From: Burkholderiales bacterium
GTDB taxonomy: Bacteria > Pseudomonadota > Gammaproteobacteria > Burkholderiales > Casimicrobiaceae
Assembly (NCBI GenBank): GCA_017989135.1
Contig: JAGNQL010000002.1
Location: forward strand, 1,385-65,384
Direction of reading: 5' to 3'
DNA length: 64,000 nucleotides
Both the position numbers and the translations under genes were made by a program. How positions within the stretch are numbered: position 1 is the first letter of the stretch; each line of letters starts with the position of its first letter. Shown piece after piece: positions 30,775 through 40,274 of the stretch. The notes under the pieces were generated by a model. The model was not told the DNA's origin. It made no database searches and worked only from the letters and a program-made list of their open reading frames with translations.

Positions 30775-33700
30775 TTACGAGCTGAAGTACTTATCGCGTC
30801 GGTTGTCGAAGGCAGGGGTCGTTCCCTCAAGCACATCAAGTACCGCACGGTTGAGCTCAGAGCTTTCAATGGCTCCCGAGGAATATGTGAGCGCGAACTG
30901 ATCGCCTCGATTAAATTCCGCGTGGATGATCTGCTCAGCATCACAGCAGACTGCCAAGTTCGCATTGTGCGTGACCATGATAATTTGGCGGCGCTCTTTG
31001 GCTCGCCGAATGATGGGAACAAGCATCGAGTACACCGTTTGGTTATCCAAGTTTTCCTCAGGTTGATCCAAGATGACTGGTGTTGGGTCAGAGTCAACCA
31101 AAAGGTAAAAGATGAGCAGCAGTGCGCCACGTTGCCCGGGGGACATCTGCTGAATGCTGGTGCCCGCCAGGCTCAGCGAAAATTTTGCCTCAACCTGACG
31201 AAGCTCAAAGAGGAGCTCATACAGCTGTTCTGAAGTCACTTTTGTCCGTAGGATAGGCAGGAGCGCAGCTGGGCTCCCATCAGCACCAGTGATTGCGGCT
31301 CGAATAGCGCGAAGTCCAGTCGTAACGCTGTCAGACCTGTTGAAGTCGATAGCTCGCAGCATATTGACAAGCTTGACCTGCCCCTCCTCGTCGCCCCTGA
31401 ATCCACCTGTGCTTTGTTTCACCAAAGAAAAAAACTTCTCGGTAAAAGCTTGTCGGTCAAAGAACAATGCGCTTTGGAATCCCACTTTGAGCTCGGTCGC
31501 TACACCGGGCACAGCGGCAACTAACTGCTCCACCGCGGCGAAGAGAGAACGACGCGATTCCGCGATACTGGTCAGCTCTGAGTGAATTTTCTTCGCTAAT
31601 TCGTCCTGTTGTACCTCTAGTGCTTTGCAGTGCGAGGGTAGTTGCGCCAGCTCGGCAAGTCGTGCCTCATAGAAACCTATCGTCTCTGCCTCGTCGGGCT
31701 GACCAACCAGAGCGTTTACTGCTTTCTCCCAAGCCGCCAAGCCAACGACAAAGTCTTGGTAAAGTTTGTTAGGCAGGTCCAGACGCTCCTGCCGTTGCGT
31801 CCGTTCTAGGACCAGAGCCCCATGTCTGTCGGCGCCCTCCTGCTGTTTTGTCGCGAGTTCGACCAGCGCATGCTCGGTAGCGCCGCGGACATCCAGAAGT
31901 ACTGAATGCTGAGTTTGTACTTTCACGACGTCGTCGAGTTTCACATCGACAGTCTTCAGTTCCGTGAGAAGACTCTCGTTGACCCGGGCCGCTTGTTGTT
32001 CGAAAGCAGCCAAGCGTTCAGCAACACTCGTTAACACCGTTCTCCGCTCGACTAACAGTCTTCTGGTTGCATTCGCAGTTGCTGATGCAGCATCCAACTT
32101 CGCCAAGTCCTGCGCAATCTCAATCAGTCTCAGGCCGTCGGCAGTAGACGGCGCTCCCACATCATCTTGAGGCTTCGGGACTTCTGCCGGTCTTTTTGCC
32201 CGGAGGTCTCCGAGCTCCAGCTTCTTGGAAGCCAGTTTTTCTTTGAGCTCATTCTCGTGAGCAATCCCTGACTGACGCTCAAGTTCCGCAAGTTGACTGT
32301 TGACGTGGCGTAGTTCTTTTCTGAGCTCATCTATCCGCTCTTGAGCGGGTCTTTCCTTCGCGGCCAAGTATTCATCCAGATTCTGATGGCTGCCGCGGTC
32401 TGCTTGGTCCAGATGAGAAAAAAGCACCTTCCGAATTTCGGTGCTGAATCGATCAGATTTTCCCGTGACATGGTCGTTGCACAAATCCTCAAAATAAGTC
32501 TGAGAAATGTATTTGACTCGCTCCGGCTGCTGAGCTTCGGCCTGCTGGTCTAGGCTAACTGAACTTACATCGCCATTCCGCCAAGTCAGTTTGGCCACAA
32601 ATGCGCCCGCTCTCTGAATGCTCCCACTCTTGAAGCGACTGTCCACCAAAAAAGTAAAGAATTCGTGAGCCTTTGAATTCCCCGCAAGAGCAAGCACTTC
32701 TGCAAGCCCGCTCTTGCCAGAGCCCTTATTACCAATCACCGCTACAAGATCTGAATTCAGAGCGAGGTCAGTACCGCTAAACCACTTCTCGGTCGTTTTG
32801 GCGCCCGACTTCGCGGATATTTGCAACCGTTCCATAAACAGGCGGCCATTTGCTTCAACGAACGCGCGCTTCGGCGGTGTATCTCCGATGTACGAGCGGA
32901 ACACAGGCTCCTTGATTGCGTGTAAGAGTCCCTTGAACGTGGGCTCTGCCTTTATCCACGTCTTCATTCCGCTCGGGAATACGCCGTAGGCGCCGTGACT
33001 GTGGGCGTCTGTGCCGCGCACGCACAGTCGAGGTTTTCTGTCGAGCGAGTCAAAGAAGCTGTCAAAGTATTTCTCGTTCAGGTCACTGCGGACTCCATGA
33101 AACGCGAGACGATTGCCCTCATCTTTGCACTCAAAGATGTCAGCCGCCGTCCGCAAACGGCGTACTTCAGCGTAATGGGCGGCCCAGTCAATTTCTCTAA
33201 GCCCACCGTACGTATCCCATGGCATTAGCATGAGGCCCCAATCTCCCATTTGCTTGAGGGCCTCTCGGAGCGACTCTGCAGTAACCATTGCTGTTTGCCA
33301 ACCTACCTGCAACGCGTATTCATGGTCATTGGCTACGCGCTTAGCATCAAAGTTGTCTTTGTCGAGGCGGTCCCTGCCAAGTTCACGTGAATGTTGAACT
33401 AGCCAGTGTTCACTCAAAGTGTGATCACCGTCCTTCAGGTTGATCTTAAGTGTCGCCAAAATGTCAGTCAAAACTTGGCGCGGGACTTCTGGGTCCAAAA
33501 CCAGATGCACATTCAAGCGCTGCTTCAATGAGCTCTCTACACGCAACTCAATCCCTGGAAACACCGTTTTTCCAGCAAGAGAGCCAAGGTTTTTTCTCTC
33601 ATATTCGGCGATCGCCAAATATCCGTCAAACGTCCAGTAATCCATGATGACGAAAACTTCTGGGCTTGCCTTCGCAATTGCAGCTACGGTCTGTGCTATC

Positions 33701-33828
33701 AGTTCCGTTCTTGCTACGTCATCTAAACCTCGTAGTTTTTGACCACTCCACTGGTAAGAGGCTGGTGTATGACAGTGAAAGTCCCACAGCCGCCAAATCG
33801 ATCCTTCAGGTGTTCGCGTTTTGCTCAT
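30775..33828 (-). CDS. PHP phosphoesterase-ABC/SMC-like ATPase fusion (TrlF-family / Ppl-like defence protein)
   Basis: PHP motifs WDFHCHTPAS, MDY, FPGIELR, GTDAH; Walker A GNKGSGKS, coiled coil, signature MSPGQRG, Walker B VILDQPEENLD, VTHN; lower GC than flanks. Confidence 0.88.
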   Translation of the reverse strand: MSKTRTPEGSIWRLWDFHCHTPASYQWSGQKLRGLDDVARTELIAQTVAAIAKASPEVFVIMDYWTFDGYLAIAEYERKNLGSLAGKTVFPGIELRVESSLKQRLNVHLVLDPEVPRQVLTDILATLKINLKDGDHTLSEHWLVQHSRELGRDRLDKDNFDAKRVANDHEYALQVGWQTAMVTAESLREALKQMGDWGLMLMPWDTYGGLREIDWAAHYAEVRRLRTAADIFECKDEGNRLAFHGVRSDLNEKYFDSFFDSLDRKPRLCVRGTDAHSHGAYGVFPSGMKTWIKAEPTFKGLLHAIKEPVFRSYIGDTPPKRAFVEANGRLFMERLQISAKSGAKTTEKWFSGTDLALNSDLVAVIGNKGSGKSGLAEVLALAGNSKAHEFFTFLVDSRFKSGSIQRAGAFVAKLTWRNGDVSSVSLDQQAEAQQPERVKYISQTYFEDLCNDHVTGKSDRFSTEIRKVLFSHLDQADRGSHQNLDEYLAAKERPAQERIDELRKELRHVNSQLAELERQSGIAHENELKEKLASKKLELGDLRAKRPAEVPKPQDDVGAPSTADGLRLIEIAQDLAKLDAASATANATRRLLVERRTVLTSVAERLAAFEQQAARVNESLLTELKTVDVKLDDVVKVQTQHSVLLDVRGATEHALVELATKQQEGADRHGALVLERTQRQERLDLPNKLYQDFVVGLAAWEKAVNALVGQPDEAETIGFYEARLAELAQLPSHCKALEVQQDELAKKIHSELTSIAESRRSLFAAVEQLVAAVPGVATELKVGFQSALFFDRQAFTEKFFSLVKQSTGGFRGDEEGQVKLVNMLRAIDFNRSDSVTTGLRAIRAAITGADGSPAALLPILRTKVTSEQLYELLFELRQVEAKFSLSLAGTSIQQMSPGQRGALLLIFYLLVDSDPTPVILDQPEENLDNQTVYSMLVPIIRRAKERRQIIMVTHNANLAVCCDAEQIIHAEFNRGDQFALTYSSGAIESSELNRAVLDVLEGTTPAFDNRRDKYFSS

Positions 33829-33917
33829 TTGGGTTTCCGTATTTCGTTCGATGCAAACAGATGTCCGTACAAAAACTTGATTCTCAACGGGCAGGCTTGC
33901 GATCCAGCATTTCTGCG

Positions 33918-35318
33918 CTACTCCACATCATGCTTCTTCACCTCCGCAAACTTTCCCGCCATCGTCGGATTCCCGCGCGTCAGTCGCTTGATCGTCACGT
34001 CCTGCGCCTTGTCGTTGGCGAGACGCAGATTGCGGTCGGTGCCGAGCAAGGCTTCCTTGGTTTTCTGCAGGTGGTCGATGGATTTGTCGATCTCCTCGAT
34101 AGCGGTCTGGAAGCGGCGTGAGGCAAGGTCGAAGTTCTTGGCGAAGGCGCCTTTGAAGCTTTCCAGCTCGTTCTCGAAATTGGTGATGTCAATGTTCTGC
34201 GCGCGGACCAGGGCGAGCTCGGATTTGTACTTGAGCGAGTTCATCGCGGCGTTGCGCAGCAGGGTGATGATGGGGATGAAGAACTGCGGGCGGATGACGT
34301 ACATCTTCGGGTAGCGGTGGAAGACGTCTACGATGCCGGTGTTGTAGAGTTCGCTGTCGGGTTCGAGCAGTGAGACGAGCACGGCGTATTCGCAGCCCTT
34401 CTCGTGGCGGTCCTTGTCGAGCTCCTTGAGGAAGTCTTCATTGCGCTGCCGTGTGGCAGTGGTGTCGCTCTCGTTCTTCATCTCGAACATGATGGAGACG
34501 ATTTCGGTATCGGCTTCGTCCTTGTCGCGGAAGATGTAGTCGCCCTTGCTGCCGTTCCGGGCGTCGTTGTCTTTCTCGAAGTAGGCGCGCGGGAAGGCGG
34601 TGGCGCGAATGCGGTTGAATTCGGTCTCGCAGTGCTGCTCCAGCGTTTCACCGACCATCTTGGTGGAGAGACGGGCCTTCATGTCGCGCAGGCGTTCGAT
34701 GGCTTCGTCGCGGTCTTTGATCTGCGTTTCGTATTTATCCTTGAGCGATTTTTCCGCAAGCTCCTTTTCAAGCGCGGCGCGCGCTAGGCTGCTCTTCAGG
34801 TCGTCGCGCTGTTTCTCGACCGTGCCGAGTGCGTCGGCCAATGCGAGCTTCTGATTGAGCGCGGTAGTGTCGAGCTGTGCCTTGAGGGTCTGAATCTCGG
34901 CGTCCTTGCTGGAGGCGCTTTTCTGCAGCTCCGCGAGCATGTTCGCTTCGGCGAGTCGGGCTGTCGCTTCTTTGTCCCGCTGCGCCTGGGCGAGCTGATT
35001 GGCGAGGGCGTCGCGCTCTCTTTCGACGGAACTGAGGGCTTCGGCCACGGCAAGCTTGCGGGCAGTTTCACCCGCATCAACCCTAGCTTTAAGGGCTTGA
35101 ATCTCGCTGTCTTTGGCAGCAGCGGCTCCTTGCAGTTCGCTGGCGAGCCGGGCTTTCGCCAACTCTACGGCGGTGTGCTTGTCTTTCTCGGCTAAGTCCA
35201 ACCGTTCGTGCAATTGGTGCTCAAAGTCGGCGTCCCGCACTTGCTTGAGGATGTCCGCGTACCCAGCTTCGTCGATCTTGAATGCTTTGTGGCAATGCGG
35301 GCAGATGATTTCGTGCAT
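33918..35318 (-). CDS. DUF2130-like coiled-coil protein
   Basis: [21 protein letters not shown], long coiled coil, [33 protein letters not shown]. Confidence 0.85.
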   Translation of the reverse strand: MHEIICPHCHKAFKIDEAGYADILKQVRDADFEHQLHERLDLAEKDKHTAVELAKARLASELQGAAAAKDSEIQALKARVDAGETARKLAVAEALSSVERERDALANQLAQAQRDKEATARLAEANMLAELQKSASSKDAEIQTLKAQLDTTALNQKLALADALGTVEKQRDDLKSSLARAALEKELAEKSLKDKYETQIKDRDEAIERLRDMKARLSTKMVGETLEQHCETEFNRIRATAFPRAYFEKDNDARNGSKGDYIFRDKDEADTEIVSIMFEMKNESDTTATRQRNEDFLKELDKDRHEKGCEYAVLVSLLEPDSELYNTGIVDVFHRYPKMYVIRPQFFIPIITLLRNAAMNSLKYKSELALVRAQNIDITNFENELESFKGAFAKNFDLASRRFQTAIEEIDKSIDHLQKTKEALLGTDRNLRLANDKAQDVTIKRLTRGNPTMAGKFAEVKKHDVE

Positions 35319-35477
35319 GTGTTCACTCGTCTTTGGTCATCAGGCGCTGCCCAAGCGTAGGCAATACGCAGGGGAGAGGCTCCGCTCCATTCTTGCACTC
35401 CCGTCGCCAAACCTTCGAAGAATTTTTATGCCGTCGTGTCCGCGCGCGGCACGTTCGCATGATCGCCTCATTGTTAA

Positions 35478-35566
35478 TTTCGCGCCAAATAAACCAGTTG
35501 CGCGCCATATTATTTGGCACGATAATTCGTTTTCGCGCCAAATAAATCGATCTTCTCGTGCCAAAA
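35478..35566. promoter_or_regulatory. Array of CGYGCCA boxes upstream of the Fic gene (probable operator)
   Basis: tttcgcgccaaataaa at 35478 and 35531, plus boxes at 35501, 35515 (reverse) and 35557. Confidence 0.6.
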
Positions 35567-36970
35567 AACATCTCGCAATCCGAGCTTGACGAAGTCGCTC
35601 ACGCTGTCGCAGCTGCGCGCGACGGCGTGAGTATCGACGTGCTCCTGATCGCGTTGAACAACGATATTTCTCGGCGCACTTTGCAGCGCCGGTTGGCGGA
35701 GCTTGTTGATGCGGGGCGGGTTGAGATCACGGGTGTGGGTCGGGCGACTCGGTATCTTGTGCGCGCGGCTGCGGCCGCGCTTGACGCGAATTTCGTGGCG
35801 GAGCCGTCGAGTGAGTACGGTGGTGTCGCGAACGAAAACTCGATCGCGCTCTCGCGTGAGGGCGCGGAGATTCGCGCGTTGGTGCGTCGCCCGCGGCAAC
35901 AGCGTCGGCCTGTGGGATATCGGGTGAAGTTCTTGGAGCAGTATCAACCGAACGTGACAGCGTATGTGCCGCTCAAGTTGCGGGCGCAATTGCATGCGCT
36001 GGGTCGCTCGCCTGCGGCCGATGCGCCTGCGGGGACTTTTGTGCGCGACATTCTGAATCGATTGTTGATCGATATGTCGTGGGCCTCGTCGAAGCTTGAG
36101 GGCAACACATACACGCGGCTCGATACCGAGCGCTTGATCGAGGCGGGGCAAGCGGCGGACGGTAAGGGCGCGCTCGAGACGCAGATGATCTTGAACCACA
36201 AGGCGGCGACTGAGTACCTTGTGCACGACCCGTTGCGCGCGGCGCTCACGTCGGACACAGTGATCGCGCTGCATGCGTTGCTCTCGGACGGGCTGATGGC
36301 GGACCCGCTCGCGTGCGGTCGCATTCGGCATCGCGCGGTGGACATCGGCGGCAGCGTTTACTTGCCGATTGCGTTGCCGCAGCGGCTTGAAGAATTGTTC
36401 GGCATCGTGATCAACATGGCGGCGGAGATCGACGATCCGTTCGAGCAGGCGTTTTTCTTGATGGTGCATCTGCCGTATTTGCAGCCGTTTGAAGACGTGA
36501 ACAAACGCGTGTCACGCCTCGCGGCGAACATTCCGTTCATCGCGCACAACCTGTGCCCGTTGTCGTTCGTGGATGTACCCGCGCAGCTCTACGTGGACGG
36601 CATGCTCGGTGTGTACGAATTAAATCGCGTTGAGTTGTTGCTCGACGTTTTCGCGTGGGCGTACGCGCGTTCGTGCCAACAGTACGTGGCGGTGCAGCAG
36701 AACCTTGTGCCGCCCGACACGTTTCGTTTACGCTACCGAAACGCGCTCAACGACGTGGTCGGCGCGGTGGTGCGAAAGATCGAACCCGCGACCGAAGCGC
36801 GCATCCGAAAACGAACACCAGCGGCCGTCGAGGCCGTTGATCGCGAACGATTCGTCGCGCTCGTGCTTGCGGAGATCAAGGCGCTGCACAGCGGCAACGC
36901 GGTGCGGTTTGGGTTACGGCCGCTTGAGTATTCGGCTTGGGCGGCGAAGTACGGGGCGCGGGCGGAGTGA
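35558..36970 (+). CDS. Fic family protein with N-terminal wHTH and a non-canonical motif
   Basis: ISRRTLQRRLAELV..G.GRATRY wHTH; inhibitory-type SSKLEGN; motif QPFEDVNKRVSR. Confidence 0.88.
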   Translation: MPKNISQSELDEVAHAVAAARDGVSIDVLLIALNNDISRRTLQRRLAELVDAGRVEITGVGRATRYLVRAAAAALDANFVAEPSSEYGGVANENSIALSREGAEIRALVRRPRQQRRPVGYRVKFLEQYQPNVTAYVPLKLRAQLHALGRSPAADAPAGTFVRDILNRLLIDMSWASSKLEGNTYTRLDTERLIEAGQAADGKGALETQMILNHKAATEYLVHDPLRAALTSDTVIALHALLSDGLMADPLACGRIRHRAVDIGGSVYLPIALPQRLEELFGIVINMAAEIDDPFEQAFFLMVHLPYLQPFEDVNKRVSRLAANIPFIAHNLCPLSFVDVPAQLYVDGMLGVYELNRVELLLDVFAWAYARSCQQYVAVQQNLVPPDTFRLRYRNALNDVVGAVVRKIEPATEARIRKRTPAAVEAVDRERFVALVLAEIKALHSGNAVRFGLRPLEYSAWAAKYGARAE

Positions 36971-36980
36971 TTGGAGACGG

Positions 36981-37097
36981 CCGTTCGTGGGCAGTGTTCA
37001 TGGTTCGATCCTTCGTCGGGCTCAGGATCACCACGAACGGAAAGAGCGGGGTGCGCTTCGTTTACGCCTCAGCACTTCGCAGGATCACCATGAATGG
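36981..37097. repeat. Composite bulged-hairpin repeat cluster
   Basis: gttcatggttcga[tccttcgtcgggctcagga]tcaccacgaacgg plus a degenerate second unit; outer arms match the reverse complement of 11002-11030. Confidence 0.6.
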
Positions 37098-37196
37098 TGC
37101 GACTGATGGGGGTACGGCGCCTGCTGCGAAATGCCTGTCTTTACCGAATGCTTATGAGTTTTTGTGGCGATTTCTCAAAATGTCATCCGCTCTTTG

Positions 37197-37373
37197 TATG
37201 CTGTACGCAAATAGCATATGCACGACCACATGGCGCTCTCCGATGGCCGCTGCACGGAGGGAATCACACGGAAAATCAGCGTAGATTTGACCAAAACCCC
37301 TTTGCGGGCTACAGAAGCAAAGAATGACGTGACCCAGCAGAAAGTTTGGTATATGCTGTATGCAAACAACAAA
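37197..37373. promoter_or_regulatory. Two direct-repeat operator-like sites upstream of the AbiE-like pair
   Basis: tatgctgtacgcaaatagca (37197) and tatgctgtatgcaaacaaca (37352); the first is palindromic TATGCT-N10-AGCATA. Confidence 0.5.
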
Positions 37374-37404
37374 CGTCTATCGTTTAGACAGCAATGCTTT
37401 CGAT

Positions 37405-37986
37405 ATGAAAACACTCAAAATCAAAGTGGCCGCTCCGAGCGCAGCGATGCAGCGCGCCAACAACCGTCAATGGGCACTCAAGCCGCAGGATTTGGCGGTG
37501 CTGTTCAAGCTGGTTGCATTAGGCGGCCAGTGGTTGCCGTATCAAGAGATGGCAAAGCAGATGTATCTGTCGCAGTTTGAGACGCACGCCGCGATGCAGC
37601 GGTTGGTGGCGTGCCGTTTGGCCCGAACGGACGAGGACGGCAGCGTGCGCCCGATCATGCAAGTGTTGCATCCGTTTGTGTTTTACGGCGCGGCGTACGT
37701 TTATCCCGCTGTGCGCACCGAAATCACCATCGGGTTTGCGACCGCGTACGGTGCCACTCCGATGAAGGAATATGTTTTGTATGCCGACGAATTTCCGCCG
37801 GTGTGGCCGCATGCGGAGGGGACGGTGCGCGGGCTGGGGCTGCTGCCGCTCTATGCAAACGCTCCATTGGCCGCGCGTGAAGACAGCACGTTGGCACAGA
37901 TGATGACGCTGTTTGATGCGCTGCGCATCGGGCAGGCACGCGAGCGCGAGAAGGCGGGCGAGCTACTGGCGTTGCGTCTGCGGTGA
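37405..37986 (+). CDS. Hypothetical wHTH protein, putative AbiEi-like antitoxin
   Basis: LKPQDLAVLFKL, wHTH (EMAKQMYLSQFETHAAMQRL), VWP..G...PLY..P.AA, DALRIGQARER; start could be 37360. Confidence 0.7.
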   Translation: MKTLKIKVAAPSAAMQRANNRQWALKPQDLAVLFKLVALGGQWLPYQEMAKQMYLSQFETHAAMQRLVACRLARTDEDGSVRPIMQVLHPFVFYGAAYVYPAVRTEITIGFATAYGATPMKEYVLYADEFPPVWPHAEGTVRGLGLLPLYANAPLAAREDSTLAQMMTLFDALRIGQAREREKAGELLALRLR

Positions 37987-37993
37987 ACGAGCC

Positions 37994-38716
37994 ATGAACG
38001 CAAAACTGCCCGCCGAGCAAAATCTGGAAATCCTTTCGCATGTTGCCGCCGCGATAGGTGAGCTGCGCGAGACGCTGGTGTTCGTTGGCGGCTGTGCGAC
38101 GGGGCTGCTGGTGACTGACGTGCGCGCGCAACCGATTCGGGCAACGATTGACGTGGACCTGGTGGCGCACGTGATTAGTCGCGCCGAATATCGGGCGATT
38201 GAAAAGCGGTTCGAGGCGCTGGGGTTTGTGCACGATCTGTCGGCCGACGCACCGATATGCCGTTGGCGCAGCGGCGAGATCGCGGTGGACTTGATGCCCA
38301 CGGACGAAAGCATTCTCGGTTTCAACAACCGCTGGTATGTACTTGCGGTGGAAACTGCGCAGTCGCTCGTCCTACCAAACGGTTTGACCATCAATCTAAT
38401 CACCGCGCCCGCGTTCATCGCGACAAAGCTCGAAGCGTTCAAGGGACGCGGCAACAACGACTATCTCGCAAGTCACGACATGGAAGATATTGTTACGGTG
38501 ATTGATGGTCGCGCGACGTTGCTGGATGAAATCAGAACGTGCGATCCGGCACTCCGTGAATATCTCGTTGCGGAGTTCAGTGCGTTGGTGGGGAACCCGA
38601 GATTTATTGAGGCGCTCGGCGGACACCTGCCGGGCGACTCGGGAAGTCAGCAACGCCTGCCGCGACTGCGGGCTAGGCTTCGCGCGTTGGCCGCGCGCGC
38701 GACGACCGAAGAGTGA
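37994..38716 (+). CDS. Nucleotidyltransferase, AbiEii/MenT-like putative toxin
   Basis: FVGGCA...RATIDVD (Pol-beta NTase signature), ATKLEAF..RG..DMEDI; ATG 8 nt after the upstream stop. Confidence 0.75.
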   Translation: MNAKLPAEQNLEILSHVAAAIGELRETLVFVGGCATGLLVTDVRAQPIRATIDVDLVAHVISRAEYRAIEKRFEALGFVHDLSADAPICRWRSGEIAVDLMPTDESILGFNNRWYVLAVETAQSLVLPNGLTINLITAPAFIATKLEAFKGRGNNDYLASHDMEDIVTVIDGRATLLDEIRTCDPALREYLVAEFSALVGNPRFIEALGGHLPGDSGSQQRLPRLRARLRALAARATTEE

Positions 38717-38747
38717 GCCAACACAACGCGATATTTAGGACGCACCT

Positions 38748-39605
38748 ATGACAAACACTACCGACTACACCCCACCCACCGTCTGGAGTTGGGACCAAGC
38801 CAACGGCGGTCGCTTTGCGAACATCAACCGCCCAATTGCGGGTGCTACGCATGAGAAAGACTTGCCGGTGGGCAAGCATCCGTTGCAGTTGTATTCGTTG
38901 GCGACGCCGAACGGTGTGAAGGTGACGGTGATGTTGGAGGAGTTGCTGCGCCTGGGGCACACGGGCGCGGAGTACGACGCGTGGCTGATCAAGATCAACG
39001 AGGGCGACCAGTTCAGCAGCGGCTTTGTCGCGGTGAATCCGAACTCGAAGATTCCGGCGCTGATGGATCGCAGCGGGCCGAAGCCGATCCGCGTGTTTGA
39101 GTCGGGCGCGATCTTGCTGTATTTGGCGAATAAGTTTGGCGCGTTTTTGCCGGAGGATGCCGCTGCGCGTGCGGAGTGTTTGTCGTGGCTGTTTTGGCAG
39201 ATGGGCAGCGCGCCGTATCTGGGCGGCGGCTTCGGTCACTTTTATGCGTATGCACCGACCAAGATGCAATATCCGATTGATCGCTTTGCGATGGAGGTGA
39301 AGCGGCAGATGGATGTGTTGGACCGGCGATTGGCCGAGAGCGCTTATCTGGCGGGCGACGTATACACGATTGCGGACATGGCGGTGTGGGCGTGGTACGG
39401 CACGCTCGCGAAGGGGCAGCTCTACGAAGCGGGCGAGTTTTTGCAGGTGCAGACGTACACGAATGTGTTGCGGTGGACCGATCAAATCGCGCAGCGACCG
39501 GCGGTGAAGCGCGGCCGAATGGTGAACCGTACGTGGGGCCAACCGAGCAGCCAACTGCCCGAGCGGCACGACGCGAGCGACTTCGACACGCAGGTGGCGA
39601 AGTGA
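38748..39605 (+). CDS. yghU: Glutathione-dependent disulfide-bond oxidoreductase (Nu-class GST)
   Basis: YTPPTVWSW..GGRFANINRPIAG, LYSLATPNGVKV, NPNSKIPAL, ERHDASDF. Confidence 0.92.
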   Translation: MTNTTDYTPPTVWSWDQANGGRFANINRPIAGATHEKDLPVGKHPLQLYSLATPNGVKVTVMLEELLRLGHTGAEYDAWLIKINEGDQFSSGFVAVNPNSKIPALMDRSGPKPIRVFESGAILLYLANKFGAFLPEDAAARAECLSWLFWQMGSAPYLGGGFGHFYAYAPTKMQYPIDRFAMEVKRQMDVLDRRLAESAYLAGDVYTIADMAVWAWYGTLAKGQLYEAGEFLQVQTYTNVLRWTDQIAQRPAVKRGRMVNRTWGQPSSQLPERHDASDFDTQVAK

Positions 39606-40234
39606 TCACGTTTTACGATTGCGCGACAGCGCCGAGCCCGCGCCGCGCGCGCATCCTCCTTGCGGAAAAAGGTGTGCCGCATGAGGCGGTGCAGATTGAC
39701 TTGCGGCAGGGCGAGCAGCTCTCTGACGCTTATCGCGCGATCAATCCGCAGTGCACTGTGCCGGCGCTGCGCACGCCGGACGGCGCGGTCTTGACCGACA
39801 ACGCGGCGATCACGGCGTGGGTGGAAGCGACATATCCGGAGCCGCCGCTGTTGGGCGTTACAGCGGCAGATAAAGCGGAGATCGCGAGCTGGAATTGGCG
39901 CGTGGAATTTGAAGGGTTGATGGCGATCGCCGAGGCGCTGCGAAATAGCGCGCCCGCCATGGTGAATCGGGCGCTGCCGGGGCCGGTGGACTATGCGCAG
40001 ATTCCGGCGCTGGCGGAGCGTGGGTTGAAGCGTGTGCAACAGTTTTTTGACATGCTGAATGAGCGTCTGACAGGGCGCGAATTTGTCGCGGCGGGGCAGT
40101 TGAGCATCGCGGACATCACGGCTGTGGTCGCGGTGGATTTCGCGCGAGTTGTGCGCATCACGCCGGGGGAGCAGCACACGCATTTGCGGCGGTGGCGCGA
40201 GGCGTTGGCGGAGCGGCCGGCGTTTCGGCTTTAG
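39602..40234 (+). CDS. Glutathione S-transferase family protein
   Basis: GTG start overlapping the yghU stop; APSPRRARILLAEKG, INPQCTVPAL, FVAAGQLSIADI. Confidence 0.88.
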   Translation: MITFYDCATAPSPRRARILLAEKGVPHEAVQIDLRQGEQLSDAYRAINPQCTVPALRTPDGAVLTDNAAITAWVEATYPEPPLLGVTAADKAEIASWNWRVEFEGLMAIAEALRNSAPAMVNRALPGPVDYAQIPALAERGLKRVQQFFDMLNERLTGREFVAAGQLSIADITAVVAVDFARVVRITPGEQHTHLRRWREALAERPAFRL

Positions 40235-40274
40235 TCACGTAGCACCCCAGTGCTGAAACTTTGCGCTCAGAAAT

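Noticed and set aside
30658-31233. 191-aa plus-strand ORF overlapping the ATPase C-terminus
   Set aside because: Typical antisense translation of Walker B and H-loop codons (VTHN gives VRDHD)
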